Of a stretch of 64,000 bases of DNA, positions 29,511 to 38,899 are shown in pieces. The notes under the pieces are model-generated. The model did no database searches. It was not told where the DNA came from and saw nothing but the letters and a program-made list of their open reading frames with translations. The stretch is from the NCBI GenBank assembly GCA_023485865.1, contig JAMCZC010000002.1, positions 1,000-64,999 of the forward strand, read 5' to 3'. Each line of letters opens with the position of its first letter. The first letter of the stretch is position 1. A program made the translations under genes and the position numbers. This DNA comes from Patescibacteria group bacterium. GTDB lineage: Bacteria; Patescibacteriota; Microgenomatia; Levybacterales; UBA12049.

Positions 29511-29764
29511 TAGTTCGCGTTCATAAAAACTTTGAAAAACAATATAAGAAATTAAAAAAAACAGAGAAAGATAAATTTAAAGAGAGAATTAATATTTTTA
29601 TTACAGATGAATTCAATCCAATACTTAATAATCACCCGCTTAGAGGTAAATATTTAGGTTATAGAAGTATTAATGTGACAGGAGATCTTCGGGCAATATA
29701 TAAAAGAGAAGAAAATCTAACAATTTTTGTTGCAGTTAATTCGCACAGCAACCTATATCGATAA
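29507..29764 (+). CDS. RelE/YafQ-family mRNA interferase toxin
   Basis: FEKQYKKL, LNNHPLRG, RSINVTGDLRAIY, HSNLY. Confidence 0.88.
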   Translation: MIVRVHKNFEKQYKKLKKTEKDKFKERINIFITDEFNPILNNHPLRGKYLGYRSINVTGDLRAIYKREENLTIFVAVNSHSNLYR

Positions 29765-29766
29765 TT

Positions 29767-29832
29767 GGCGCAATGCTTGAATTTTTAGCCGGCGAAAATC
29801 TCCCGGGCCTGGAAGTCTTGGAACAAAGCTAA
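29767..29832 (+). pseudogene. Duplicated pgk 3' end (GAMLEFLAGENLPGLEVLEQS*)
   Basis: 50/56 nt identical to 29115-29170. Confidence 0.9.
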
Positions 29833-29917
29833 ATAAAAGCACACAATAAGATAAATAAAATAGATCTATTTTTGATATCTTGACAAATAGATTTATTTTT
29901 GTTATTATAATTTTGTT

Positions 29918-31054
29918 ATGCAAAAAGATAGTATAAGTTTCAAAATTCCAGCAATACGCCTTTTCCAAAGAGAGACAGAGGGGAAAGCAATTTACGTAGG
30001 AGTTATTAAGGCTTCAGATTTATCTTCTCATCCGCAAGAAAGATTTAGGATTGCCTATTTTGACAGAGAAAACAAAAATGCAGGTTATCAAAGAAGACTT
30101 CAGGATAATAAAGTCGAGAAACTTAAGGAATTTATACTTAAAGAGACTAAGACCCCATTGTTCCCAACTGCAATATTAGTTAATTCAAGAGAAATGTTAG
30201 ATTTTAAAGAAATCTCTAAGGGGGTAGGAACACTTCATGTAAATGAGCCACTTTTTGTGATTGATGGACAGCATCGTGTTACAGCGTGGAGAGCAATTGT
30301 GGATGAAACCGATCTTGCGGATAAATGGAAGGATTATGAATTTCCAATTGTACTAATGAGCGGTTTTAAAATCCTAGAAGAGATGGAGCAATTTTATGTG
30401 ATAAATTCTAGGCAAACGAAAATCAAAACAGATCTGGTTCACAGCTTGCTACTTGAGTTTGAGAAAAAAGATGAGACTAGAAATTTAGTTAAAGAAAAAG
30501 ACAAATGGATACCTAGGGCAGTAGTAATAACAGAAAATTTAAACAAATCTGGGGCATGGAAAGATAGAATTGGTTACGATTCAGATAGCGATTTAATGCG
30601 AAAGACAAGAGTTATTCAGGCCACGTCAGTTGTCGGAGCTTTAAAGCATTTATTTGTAGGAAATAAAAAGTTATTTGACATAGAAAATCCTAAAATTGAC
30701 GAGTGGATAAAATTTCTAAATGATTATTGGGAAATTATTGCAGATATTTATCCAAATGCAGTTAACAATGCAAACGATTATTCGTTAATGAAGACGGTTG
30801 GAATAAATGTAATGCATATTTTACTAGCCGATAAGTCTTACGATTTAGGCTTAGGCATAGAACAAAAAGAGGAACTCTTAAAAAAAATGAGAGAAACTTT
30901 AGTTCGTGCTGCGATTAGCGATATCCCTGAGGATTTTTGGAGATCTGATGTTTCTAAACAAACAAGAGAGAGAGGAAGATATGCCGGAGCTTTTTCATCC
31001 TCTGCGGGACATAAGAGACTAGCCACAGCAATATTCATAAACAGATTTGATTAA
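29918..31054 (+). CDS. DGQHR domain protein (DndB/ParB-like superfamily)
   Basis: GYQR, FPTAILVN, VIDGQHR, QFYVINSRQ. Confidence 0.88.
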   Translation: MQKDSISFKIPAIRLFQRETEGKAIYVGVIKASDLSSHPQERFRIAYFDRENKNAGYQRRLQDNKVEKLKEFILKETKTPLFPTAILVNSREMLDFKEISKGVGTLHVNEPLFVIDGQHRVTAWRAIVDETDLADKWKDYEFPIVLMSGFKILEEMEQFYVINSRQTKIKTDLVHSLLLEFEKKDETRNLVKEKDKWIPRAVVITENLNKSGAWKDRIGYDSDSDLMRKTRVIQATSVVGALKHLFVGNKKLFDIENPKIDEWIKFLNDYWEIIADIYPNAVNNANDYSLMKTVGINVMHILLADKSYDLGLGIEQKEELLKKMRETLVRAAISDIPEDFWRSDVSKQTRERGRYAGAFSSSAGHKRLATAIFINRFD

Positions 31055-31099
31055 TCTCCTCTTGCTCATTTTTTAATTCCTCTGTTATACTAAATTACT

Positions 31100-32158
31100 A
31101 TGATTAAAGTCGCGATTAATGGATACGGAAGAATTGGCAGGTTGGCACATCGGGTTGTTTTGGAAAGATATACTCAAGACATTGATATAGTTGCTATAAA
31201 TGCGGGCTCCTCAACGGATATTAAGGGTTGGATGTATTTGTTAAAATACGATACTACCTACGGGCCGATACTTGATAGGCCTATTTCTTATCAGGAAGCC
31301 GAGGGGAATTCGGTAACGAGCAAACTTTTGGGTTATCTTCTTGTCGGAAACGCAAAAATCCCGGTTTACTCCGAAAAAGACCCGACACTTTTACCTTGGA
31401 AAGATTTAAACGTTGACGTTGTAATAGAATCAACCGGTCATTTTACAACGGAAGAAAAATTAAAAACTCATCTTCAGGCGGGTGCAAAAGCGGCAGTTTT
31501 ATCCGCTCCGGTAAAAGAAGGGGACATTAATACTTACGTTTTATCGGTTAACGCCCAAAACTACAACGGAGAAAATTTAATCAGTAATGCCTCTTGTACT
31601 ACCAATTGCATTGCTCCAGTTGCAAAAATTATGGTAAATCATTTTGGGGTTGAAAAGGCAATGATGACAACTGTCCATGGATATACATCTGATCAAAAAC
31701 TTCAAGACGGAGGACACAAAGATTATAGACGCGCCAGGGCGGCCGCTTTGAATATTGTCCCAACTTCAACCGGCGCGACAATTGCGGCGGCAAAAGCGGT
31801 GCCGGAACTTGCGGGACTTTTTTCTGGTCTTGCGATTAGGGTCCCTGTTCCTGCGGGTTCGCTTTCGGATTTTACCTTCATTTTAAAAAAAGAAACTACA
31901 AAAGAAGAAGTAAATAGTATTTTTAAACAGGAAGCGCAAAGCCAGAATTTTGAAGGAATACTGATGGTAACGGAAGATCCTTTGGTTTCTAGTGATATAA
32001 TCGGAAATCCATACTCGGCTATTGTAGATTTATCTTTAACCCAAGTTTTGGGAAATTTAGTAAAGGTAATTGCCTGGTACGATAATGAATACGGATATGC
32101 TAATAGGCTGGTTGAGGAAACCATAATGATTGGCAGTAAGCTTACAAGTACAATATGA
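31100..32158 (+). CDS. gap: Glyceraldehyde-3-phosphate dehydrogenase (type I)
   Basis: INGYGRIGR, SNASCTTNC, WYDNEYGY. Confidence 0.97.
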   Translation: MIKVAINGYGRIGRLAHRVVLERYTQDIDIVAINAGSSTDIKGWMYLLKYDTTYGPILDRPISYQEAEGNSVTSKLLGYLLVGNAKIPVYSEKDPTLLPWKDLNVDVVIESTGHFTTEEKLKTHLQAGAKAAVLSAPVKEGDINTYVLSVNAQNYNGENLISNASCTTNCIAPVAKIMVNHFGVEKAMMTTVHGYTSDQKLQDGGHKDYRRARAAALNIVPTSTGATIAAAKAVPELAGLFSGLAIRVPVPAGSLSDFTFILKKETTKEEVNSIFKQEAQSQNFEGILMVTEDPLVSSDIIGNPYSAIVDLSLTQVLGNLVKVIAWYDNEYGYANRLVEETIMIGSKLTSTI

Positions 32159-32742
32159 AAACTCCCGTTGAACTTCCCGGCATTAGAAATATTACTATCT
32201 CCGGCAGAATCGGAGCAGGAGCAACTACCTTGGCTAAAAAACTTTCCGAAAAACTAAACTGGCCTTTGCTTGAGGGAGGGGAAATATTTGCAAAAATCCA
32301 CAAAGAGTTAGATATCAGCCAAGTAGATGTTTTACAAAGGCCGGATAGTTTCGATCTTAAATTTGAAGCACAAATAAAAAAAACACTTGCCAAAGAAAAG
32401 CATCAAATCATCCAAAGCCATTTGGCAGGATTTGACGCCCAGGGAATTGAGGGCGTTTTTAAAATTTTGATTATTTGCCGCGATGAAGAAGGCGATGACA
32501 AGGCTGATATTAGGATAGACAGGCTTATGAATAGAGATGGTATTTCTCTTGAGCAGGCAAAACATGAAATTCTAGAAAGAGAAAAAGCTAATATAGAAAA
32601 ATTCAGAAAACTTTATGCTAAAAACGACCCGAATTGGGTTTATTGGAATAAAAAATATTACGATTTTATAGTAAATACATATTCGCATAATCAGGAAGAA
32701 ACTCTAGATCTGGTCTTACGGGGGATAGGATATGGAAAATAG
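32155..32742 (+). CDS. Cytidylate kinase-like protein (archaeal-type Cmk family)
   Basis: ITISGRIGAGATTLAKKL, RFRKLY-like motif, YDFIVNT. Confidence 0.7.
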   Translation: MKTPVELPGIRNITISGRIGAGATTLAKKLSEKLNWPLLEGGEIFAKIHKELDISQVDVLQRPDSFDLKFEAQIKKTLAKEKHQIIQSHLAGFDAQGIEGVFKILIICRDEEGDDKADIRIDRLMNRDGISLEQAKHEILEREKANIEKFRKLYAKNDPNWVYWNKKYYDFIVNTYSHNQEETLDLVLRGIGYGK

Positions 32743-32792
32743 AATCAACCTCTTTATCTACTGTGCTATAATACCAGCTAGCTTTAATAACA

Positions 32793-33338
32793 ATGAAAAA
32801 AATTTTATTTTTAGTAATTTTAAGTTTAATATTTTTTATTAATATCGGACGCGCTTATGCGCAACAGACGGCCAGTCCAACTTCCACTGCATCTGTTGAT
32901 TATTCTCTTCCATATCCCGGAATTTTGCCCGATAACCCTTTATATTTTATGAAAGCCTTAAGAGATAGAATTGTTTCATTTTTCATTTCCGATCCTTTGA
33001 AAAAAGCTGAATTTGATTTATTAATGGCGGACGTTAGGTTAAATGCGGCTCAATATCTTTTTGCAAAAGGAGAAAACAAATATAGTCTTGCCGAAACAAC
33101 AATTTCTAAAGGAGAAAATTATTTTTATAACTCACTAGCGATGACTAACGACGCAAAGCAGCAGGGGATGAGGTTTAATGATTTTGTTCCAAAACTTATA
33201 ATTGCCGCCAAGAAACACCAACAAGTTATCAAAGGCTTGGAAGTTAAAAGCCCGCCTTTTATAAGGGATAGACTTGCGGAAGATGAAAAACGGGCCAAAG
33301 ATTTTGAAATAAGAGCAATTCAGATAAAGCTTAATTAA
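32793..33338 (+). CDS. DUF5667-like exported protein
   Basis: Signal peptide; YPGILPDNPLYFMK. Confidence 0.75.
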   Translation: MKKILFLVILSLIFFINIGRAYAQQTASPTSTASVDYSLPYPGILPDNPLYFMKALRDRIVSFFISDPLKKAEFDLLMADVRLNAAQYLFAKGENKYSLAETTISKGENYFYNSLAMTNDAKQQGMRFNDFVPKLIIAAKKHQQVIKGLEVKSPPFIRDRLAEDEKRAKDFEIRAIQIKLN

Positions 33339-33502
33339 CAATCCAAAAACCAAATAAAGAACAATTTTTATATTAGTCATTTTAGGACAGTCTTTACATC
33401 GAACAAATTTTCTTATTCAAATTTCCCCTCTTTTTAAAATCAACAAAGATTTGAAGCTAAAAATTAACTTGGCCTAGTTTGATATAGAAATTAATAGTTG
33501 AC

Positions 33503-33550
33503 AGGGTAGATCTAGTGTCATACTATCCTTCTTGGCACTACAAGTAGTGA
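33503..33550 (+). promoter_or_regulatory. Tandem NrdR boxes overlapping the nrdR-nrdJ promoter
   Basis: AGGGTAGATCTAGTGT (33503) and GCACTACAAGTAGTGA (33535), 32 nt apart; TTGACA at 33498. Confidence 0.65.
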
Positions 33551-33605
33551 TTTAAAGTTAAAATTCAAAAGTCAAAGGTCAAAAGTTAATAATTTTGAAT
33601 TTTTT

Positions 33606-34055
33606 ATGAAATGTCCTTATTGCGGTAGCAAAGATACAGAAGTAGTAGAAACAAGAGACAGCGAAGACTTGGAAACCATTAGGAGAAGAAGGGCTTGCCT
33701 TAAGTGTGAGAAGAGATTTACTACTTACGAAAGAGTTGAAAATGTCAATTTGGTAGTAATAAAAAAAGACGGAAGACGAGAACAATTTAACAGAGATAAA
33801 TTAAAAAACGGAATAATCAGGTCTTGCGAGAAAACAAAAGTATCTCTTGATGACATAGAAAGAATAGTAACGGAAGTTGAAAGAGAATTAAGGGGAGAGT
33901 CGGGTGTCGAAGTGGAAAGCAAAAAAATAGGACAGCTGGTTGCAACAAGACTTAAGAAAATTGACAAGGTTGCATACATAAGATTTTCGAGCGTCTTCAG
34001 AAGGTTTGTTGACGTAGAAGATTTTGAAAAAGAAGTAAAAAAACTAATTAAATAA
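33606..34055 (+). CDS. nrdR: Transcriptional repressor NrdR
   Basis: MKCPYC, RRRRAC..C..RFTTYE, ATP cone, VAYIRFSSV. Confidence 0.97.
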   Translation: MKCPYCGSKDTEVVETRDSEDLETIRRRRACLKCEKRFTTYERVENVNLVVIKKDGRREQFNRDKLKNGIIRSCEKTKVSLDDIERIVTEVERELRGESGVEVESKKIGQLVATRLKKIDKVAYIRFSSVFRRFVDVEDFEKEVKKLIK

Positions 34056-34058
34056 ATT

Positions 34059-36500
34059 ATGAAACTTGACGGAATAAGACAAAAAGTATTTTTAGACAGA
34101 TATTCTTTTAAAGATAAACAGGGTAATCCTATGGAAAAAACTCCCGAGGAAATGTGGAGGAGGGTTGCCAAAGGAATTGCCGGAGTTGAAAAACCGAAAG
34201 AGCGAAAAAAATGGGAAAAGAAATTTTATGATGTAATGGATGATTTCAAATTCTTGCCCGGCGGAAGAATTCTGGCAGGCGCCGGAACCGGATTTGATGT
34301 TACTTATTACAACTGTTTTGTTATCCCAAATCCGCCTGATTCTAGGGGCGGAATAATGGCAAACCTTACCCAGATGATAGAAATTATGGCCCACGGTGGC
34401 GGAGTCGGGCTTAATCTTTCAAGTCTTCGTCCAAGGGGTTCAAGGGTTAAAAAAGTAAATGGCTTTTCTTCGGGTCCGTTAAACTGGGCGGAACTTTATT
34501 CTCTGGCGACAAAAGATATTGTCCAGCAGGGTGGAAGTCGAAGGGGCGCTTTAATGCTTATGCTTTGGGATTGGCATCCCGATATCGAAGAGTTTATAAC
34601 CGTTAAACAGGATTTAAATAAAATAAACGGTGCCAATCTTTCGGTCTGCATTTCGGACGCTTTTATGGAAGCGGTAAAAAAGAACGCCGATTGGGATTTG
34701 GTTTATCCGGACTTGGATGATCCAAAATATGATAAAAAATGGACAGGAGATTTAAGTGCATGGAAAAAAGCGGGCGGGAAAATAGTTGTTAAAAAAACAG
34801 TTAAGGCGCAATATCTTTGGGATTTAATTTGTCAGGCAGCCTGGAGAAGTGCCGAGCCGGGACTCCACTTCTTAGATAGAAGCAATAAACGAAGCAATAC
34901 CTGGTATTTTGAGACATTGCTTTCAACAAATCCCTGCGGTGAACAACCTCTTTCCGCTTGGGCAGTTTGCAATTTGGGCGCAATGAATTTAGCGGCTTAT
35001 GTAAGAAGCGGAAAATTTGATTTTGAAAATTTTGGCAAAGACGTAAAAGTTGCGATGAGATTTTTGGACAATGTTATTGATGATACGTATTATTTCTACA
35101 AAGAAAACGAGAAAGTTGCCAAAGACATAAGAAGAACGGGCTTAGGAATTTTAGGCCTTGCCGATGCTTTAATAAAAATGAAAGTTAAATACGGCTCGGA
35201 AGAATCTTTAAAAATTATTGACAAAATCTTTAAAACCCTAAGGGATAATGCCTATATTGCTTCATCGGATATTGCCGAAGAAAAAGGTACTTTTCCAAAA
35301 TATAACAAGGAAAAATATCTTGCGGGATGGCATATTAAAAAATTACCGGAGGAAATAAAAGCAAAAATTGCTAAACAAGGAATAAGAAATGCAGTTTTGC
35401 TAACGGTTGCTCCGACCGGAACAACATCGCTTATCTCGGGAGTTTCATCGGGGATAGAACCGGTTTACGAATTTGAATTTTTAAGAAACGACAGACTTGG
35501 CCAGCATTTAATGTATCATCCTTTGTATGAAGAATGGAAAAAAACAAATCCCGGGAGAGCAAAACCCGACTATTTTGTTTCGGCAAACGACTTAACTCCG
35601 GAAGAGCATGTTAAAGTTCAGGCAATTGCGCAGGAATACGTTGATTCTTCGATTAGCAAAACAGTAAATGCTCCAAAGGAACATACAGTTGACGATGTAA
35701 AAAATCTCTATATGCTTTCTTATGACTCCGGTCTTAAAGGCGTTACTTATATGCGGGATGGTTCCCGTCAGGGAGTTTTGGAAAGAATAGATGATAAAAA
35801 AGAAAAAACGCAAGAAAAAGCGTCAATTCCTGTTGTAGCTCCGGTTGTTCCAAGACCTGTTATGGTTGAAGGAGTTACTTATCAAACCGAAACTCCGGTT
35901 GGAAAAACTTTTATAACGATTAATCATAACGAGAATAAAGACCCGTTTGAGGTATTTATAACCGTTGGTAAATCAGGTTCCGATGTTACCGCAATGGCAG
36001 ACGCATTGGGCAGAATGATCTCTTTAAACCTTCGTCTTAACGGAGCGCTTTCCTCAAGAGAAAGAATAAAACAGGTGGTGGCCCAGCTTATAGGTATCGG
36101 CGGAGCAAGAAGCGTTGGTTTTGGAGAAAACAAAGTCCGTTCTCTTCCTGATGCAATTGCTAAAGTTTTGTCAAAACACTTTGAATTTAGAGTAAACGGA
36201 GTTGTTGAAGATAAATCTAAGAACGGAACAAGCGGCAATGGAGCAGTTTATAAAAACGGCACCACAAACGGTCTTTCTAATGAGCATATAAAGCTTACAG
36301 CTGACGGAGTTGAAAAAAAACAAACGGATGAAATAATTAAGCTGGAACAGTTAACGCTTGGGACACAAGAAGGGCCTATGATAGCAGGGGAGGATCCGGC
36401 AACAGGACTTTCCGATATCTGCCCCGAGTGCGGAGGAGCGAGCCTTGCCTACGAAGAGGGCTGTAAAAAATGCTACGCCTGCGGATATTCGGAATGTTAA
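34059..36500 (+). CDS. nrdJ: Adenosylcobalamin-dependent class II ribonucleotide reductase with TSCPD domain and Zn ribbon
   Basis: TNPCGEQ, VCNLG, APTGT, SISKTVN, C-terminal CPECG...GC..C..CGYSEC. Confidence 0.93.
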   Translation: MKLDGIRQKVFLDRYSFKDKQGNPMEKTPEEMWRRVAKGIAGVEKPKERKKWEKKFYDVMDDFKFLPGGRILAGAGTGFDVTYYNCFVIPNPPDSRGGIMANLTQMIEIMAHGGGVGLNLSSLRPRGSRVKKVNGFSSGPLNWAELYSLATKDIVQQGGSRRGALMLMLWDWHPDIEEFITVKQDLNKINGANLSVCISDAFMEAVKKNADWDLVYPDLDDPKYDKKWTGDLSAWKKAGGKIVVKKTVKAQYLWDLICQAAWRSAEPGLHFLDRSNKRSNTWYFETLLSTNPCGEQPLSAWAVCNLGAMNLAAYVRSGKFDFENFGKDVKVAMRFLDNVIDDTYYFYKENEKVAKDIRRTGLGILGLADALIKMKVKYGSEESLKIIDKIFKTLRDNAYIASSDIAEEKGTFPKYNKEKYLAGWHIKKLPEEIKAKIAKQGIRNAVLLTVAPTGTTSLISGVSSGIEPVYEFEFLRNDRLGQHLMYHPLYEEWKKTNPGRAKPDYFVSANDLTPEEHVKVQAIAQEYVDSSISKTVNAPKEHTVDDVKNLYMLSYDSGLKGVTYMRDGSRQGVLERIDDKKEKTQEKASIPVVAPVVPRPVMVEGVTYQTETPVGKTFITINHNENKDPFEVFITVGKSGSDVTAMADALGRMISLNLRLNGALSSRERIKQVVAQLIGIGGARSVGFGENKVRSLPDAIAKVLSKHFEFRVNGVVEDKSKNGTSGNGAVYKNGTTNGLSNEHIKLTADGVEKKQTDEIIKLEQLTLGTQEGPMIAGEDPATGLSDICPECGGASLAYEEGCKKCYACGYSEC

Positions 36501-36507
36501 AAAAGCT

Positions 36508-36622
36508 AATTGCTGAGGTCGCTTACGAAATTTTTTCCGGTACGTGCGCGATGGGACTTAATCAGTCCATCAACTAATGCCCGCTAATCCGTTCCTCAAA
36601 AATTTGTAAGCTCCCCGCAATT
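36508..36622. repeat. About 115-bp element with imperfect terminal inverted repeats (MITE or structured RNA)
   Basis: AATTGC..GCTTACGAAATTTT ... AAAATTTGTAAGC..GCAATT. Confidence 0.5.
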
Positions 36623-36640
36623 ATAATTTTGAATTAATTT

Positions 36641-37180
36641 ATGTCAGTCTATACAAGATTTGGGGATAAAGGTAAAACTTCTTTATACGGCGGGAAAGCG
36701 GTTTCTAAAGGCAGTTTAAGAATTGATGCATATGGTAGTCTTGATGAATTAAATAGCGCGATAGGGGTTGTTCTTACCGAAATTCAAAACCCCGGCGTAA
36801 AAAAAGAGTTGTTGCTTATCCAAAACGACTTATTTGCAATCGGCGCAAGTCTTGCAAGCAACATGGAGAATAAAAAACTTGGAGAATATTTAAAAAAGAG
36901 GGTTAGGGATTTTGAAAAACAAATAGACAGCTTATCGGAAAAGCTTCCCGAGCTTATGAATTTTATACTTCCGGGAGGGGGAAAAGCGGGTTCGTTTTTG
37001 CACCTTGCAAGAACTGTTTGCAGACGCTCCGAAAGAAGGGTCGTTGAACTTTTGGAAAAAGAGAACGTCAATAAAGAAACGTTAATCTATATTAATAGGC
37101 TTTCGGACTTGCTTTTTACTTTCGCAAGATATATAAATTACCAAGAAAAGAAAAAAGAAATTATCTGGTCTTCCAGATAA
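36641..37180 (+). CDS. pduO: ATP:cob(I)alamin adenosyltransferase (PduO type)
   Basis: YTRFGDKGKT, YGSLDELNS, FILPGG, ARTVCRRSER, NRLSD. Confidence 0.92.
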   Translation: MSVYTRFGDKGKTSLYGGKAVSKGSLRIDAYGSLDELNSAIGVVLTEIQNPGVKKELLLIQNDLFAIGASLASNMENKKLGEYLKKRVRDFEKQIDSLSEKLPELMNFILPGGGKAGSFLHLARTVCRRSERRVVELLEKENVNKETLIYINRLSDLLFTFARYINYQEKKKEIIWSSR

Positions 37181-37187
37181 AATCTTT

Positions 37188-37243
37188 CGGGTGAAGAGGG
37201 TGGAATTCCCTCGCTGTGCCGCAACTGTATAGTCAGAACCCCG
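37188..37243 (+). promoter_or_regulatory. Minimal cobalamin riboswitch candidate
   Basis: CGGG-TGAA-GAGGGTGGAATTCCCTC-GCTGTGCCGCAACTGT-AT-AGTCAGAA-CCCCG matches the cobalamin riboswitch core; next to pduO/nrdJ. Confidence 0.72.
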
Positions 37244-37331
37244 TTCTGCAAAGCAGAATTTGCAGAGAAAAATCTTCCGAGCAGAAGTGCATTTTTATTT
37301 TACACAACTTCTCGGAATGGGGAGTTTTTTT

Positions 37332-38444
37332 ATGGCCGAAGCGCAATCTTACAATTACCAAAGACCAAGGGAGCTTGCCGATTCTAAAAATTTTGCCGTT
37401 GAGTACGCACCGATTGTTAACAGAAGAGAAATAGAAGACGATATCATTGCTTATCTTGGTGAATTCAGATTTGGATTAAAGAAATCCGATTATCGTTTGG
37501 TATTTTCTCGCACAGACGATGAGGGTTGGAGACTTCGTGACCCCCACAGGCTGGAATCAATGGCAATTAAAGCGCAAAGGGCGATAACAGAAAGAAGACA
37601 ACGGGGGGAAATTACGCCTAGGGAAACAGCGGAGGCTAGTGGTCTTAATTTTTTAGATCAACAGTTGCAAACTGCAAGCGAAGAGGGTTCAATCGTTTGG
37701 GCCAGTCCGCCGGGAGCAGAAAGCCAAGGCTACGGAGATTATGGATTCTTCTACATCGGACAAATTGGGAGAATGATTGCCAACAGAAGAGAAGTTGCAA
37801 TGACGGCAATCAGAGTTAACGGAAGAAGCCTTCCTGATTATGAAAAAGCTTTTAAAAGGTTGTCCGGAATTGACTTCAAATTTAAAAACCCGGAAGATTT
37901 TTTAAGAATGCCGGTGATTTTAAATGACAGTTTGCCTAAAGAGCTTATTGACAGTACTCTGGGTACTATTTTTCCAAATCAAGAAAATGTAAGCGACAAT
38001 TCGGTTGAATTTCAGTTAGCTATTGCAAGAATAAAAAATAGAATAGGAGAATTCATAGATTATTGTGCTTTTGCAACTCCGACCGAAAAAGCTAAAGCTT
38101 TTCATGCCTTAGAGAATTATTTTCTTGAGGTTAGAGAAGAGATTAGATCCGGAAAAACAGTTGTTTATCAAAAGAAACGGGAGTTCAAACAGTTGGTTGC
38201 TGACTATGGTAGCAGAAAAACTCCTGAAGTTAAAGGAAGCTGTCCTATCTCAAGCCAGAACCCTTTAAATAGCAGTAACATTTTTAATGGTGGATTTGAA
38301 GCTTTGAACAACCTAATAAACCAGGAATGGTTTACTTGTCCCAAATGTCATTACAAAGCAGACGGGCCGGTTGGAAATACCTGTCCAGGTTGTGGTTTGA
38401 CAAAGGAGGCTTATGCGCAAGAATCAGGGCAAATCTGCGAGTGA
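37332..38444 (+). CDS. Hypothetical protein with C-terminal Zn ribbon
   Basis: GGGGAG SD before ATG 37332; CPKC...CPGC at C-terminus. Confidence 0.7.
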   Translation: MAEAQSYNYQRPRELADSKNFAVEYAPIVNRREIEDDIIAYLGEFRFGLKKSDYRLVFSRTDDEGWRLRDPHRLESMAIKAQRAITERRQRGEITPRETAEASGLNFLDQQLQTASEEGSIVWASPPGAESQGYGDYGFFYIGQIGRMIANRREVAMTAIRVNGRSLPDYEKAFKRLSGIDFKFKNPEDFLRMPVILNDSLPKELIDSTLGTIFPNQENVSDNSVEFQLAIARIKNRIGEFIDYCAFATPTEKAKAFHALENYFLEVREEIRSGKTVVYQKKREFKQLVADYGSRKTPEVKGSCPISSQNPLNSSNIFNGGFEALNNLINQEWFTCPKCHYKADGPVGNTCPGCGLTKEAYAQESGQICE

Positions 38445-38488
38445 GAGTTCATTGTCGAAGACCTTCAATCGTGTTATGATTATTATGT

Positions 38489-38896
38489 ATGGATGATACG
38501 TCTCAAAAGCAAAATCAACATCAAGTTCAAGGTCAAAATCAAACCCAACAACCTGTAAGTCCCGTAAGCACTCCTCAAAAAGAGGTTGAAGCGGCCCCTG
38601 TTAGTGACTATATTGTGCCTTCGGAGGTAACGCCTAGAATCGAAAAGGAAGTTTCTGAAGCGGGAGTCAAAGAAGTGGGTAAGGCTCCACAACTTACAGA
38701 AGAGCATTTTAAAACCGGGATTAAGCATGCGCCGGAGTCAACTCCGGTTCCAAAAGAACCAACGGGAGCAGTTAAATTGCCAATGACGAAAAGCCAAGCA
38801 GAGCAACAAGCTAAAGGAAATCCCGACGACGCTGCTACTTGGCTTGCGAATTTTATTTTAAGACTGTTAAAGAAAATGCGACTGGTAAATAATTAA
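38489..38896 (+). CDS. Hypothetical protein, low-complexity N-terminus
   Basis: ORF abutting the downstream T4SS-like ATPase. Confidence 0.65.
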   Translation: MDDTSQKQNQHQVQGQNQTQQPVSPVSTPQKEVEAAPVSDYIVPSEVTPRIEKEVSEAGVKEVGKAPQLTEEHFKTGIKHAPESTPVPKEPTGAVKLPMTKSQAEQQAKGNPDDAATWLANFILRLLKKMRLVNN

Positions 38897-38899
38897 AGT

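Noticed and set aside
34059-36500. Intein or intron in nrdJ
   Set aside because: Continuous ORF of normal length with no splice-junction motifs
37188-37243. tRNA gene
   Set aside because: No cloverleaf or T-arm; fits a cobalamin riboswitch core better
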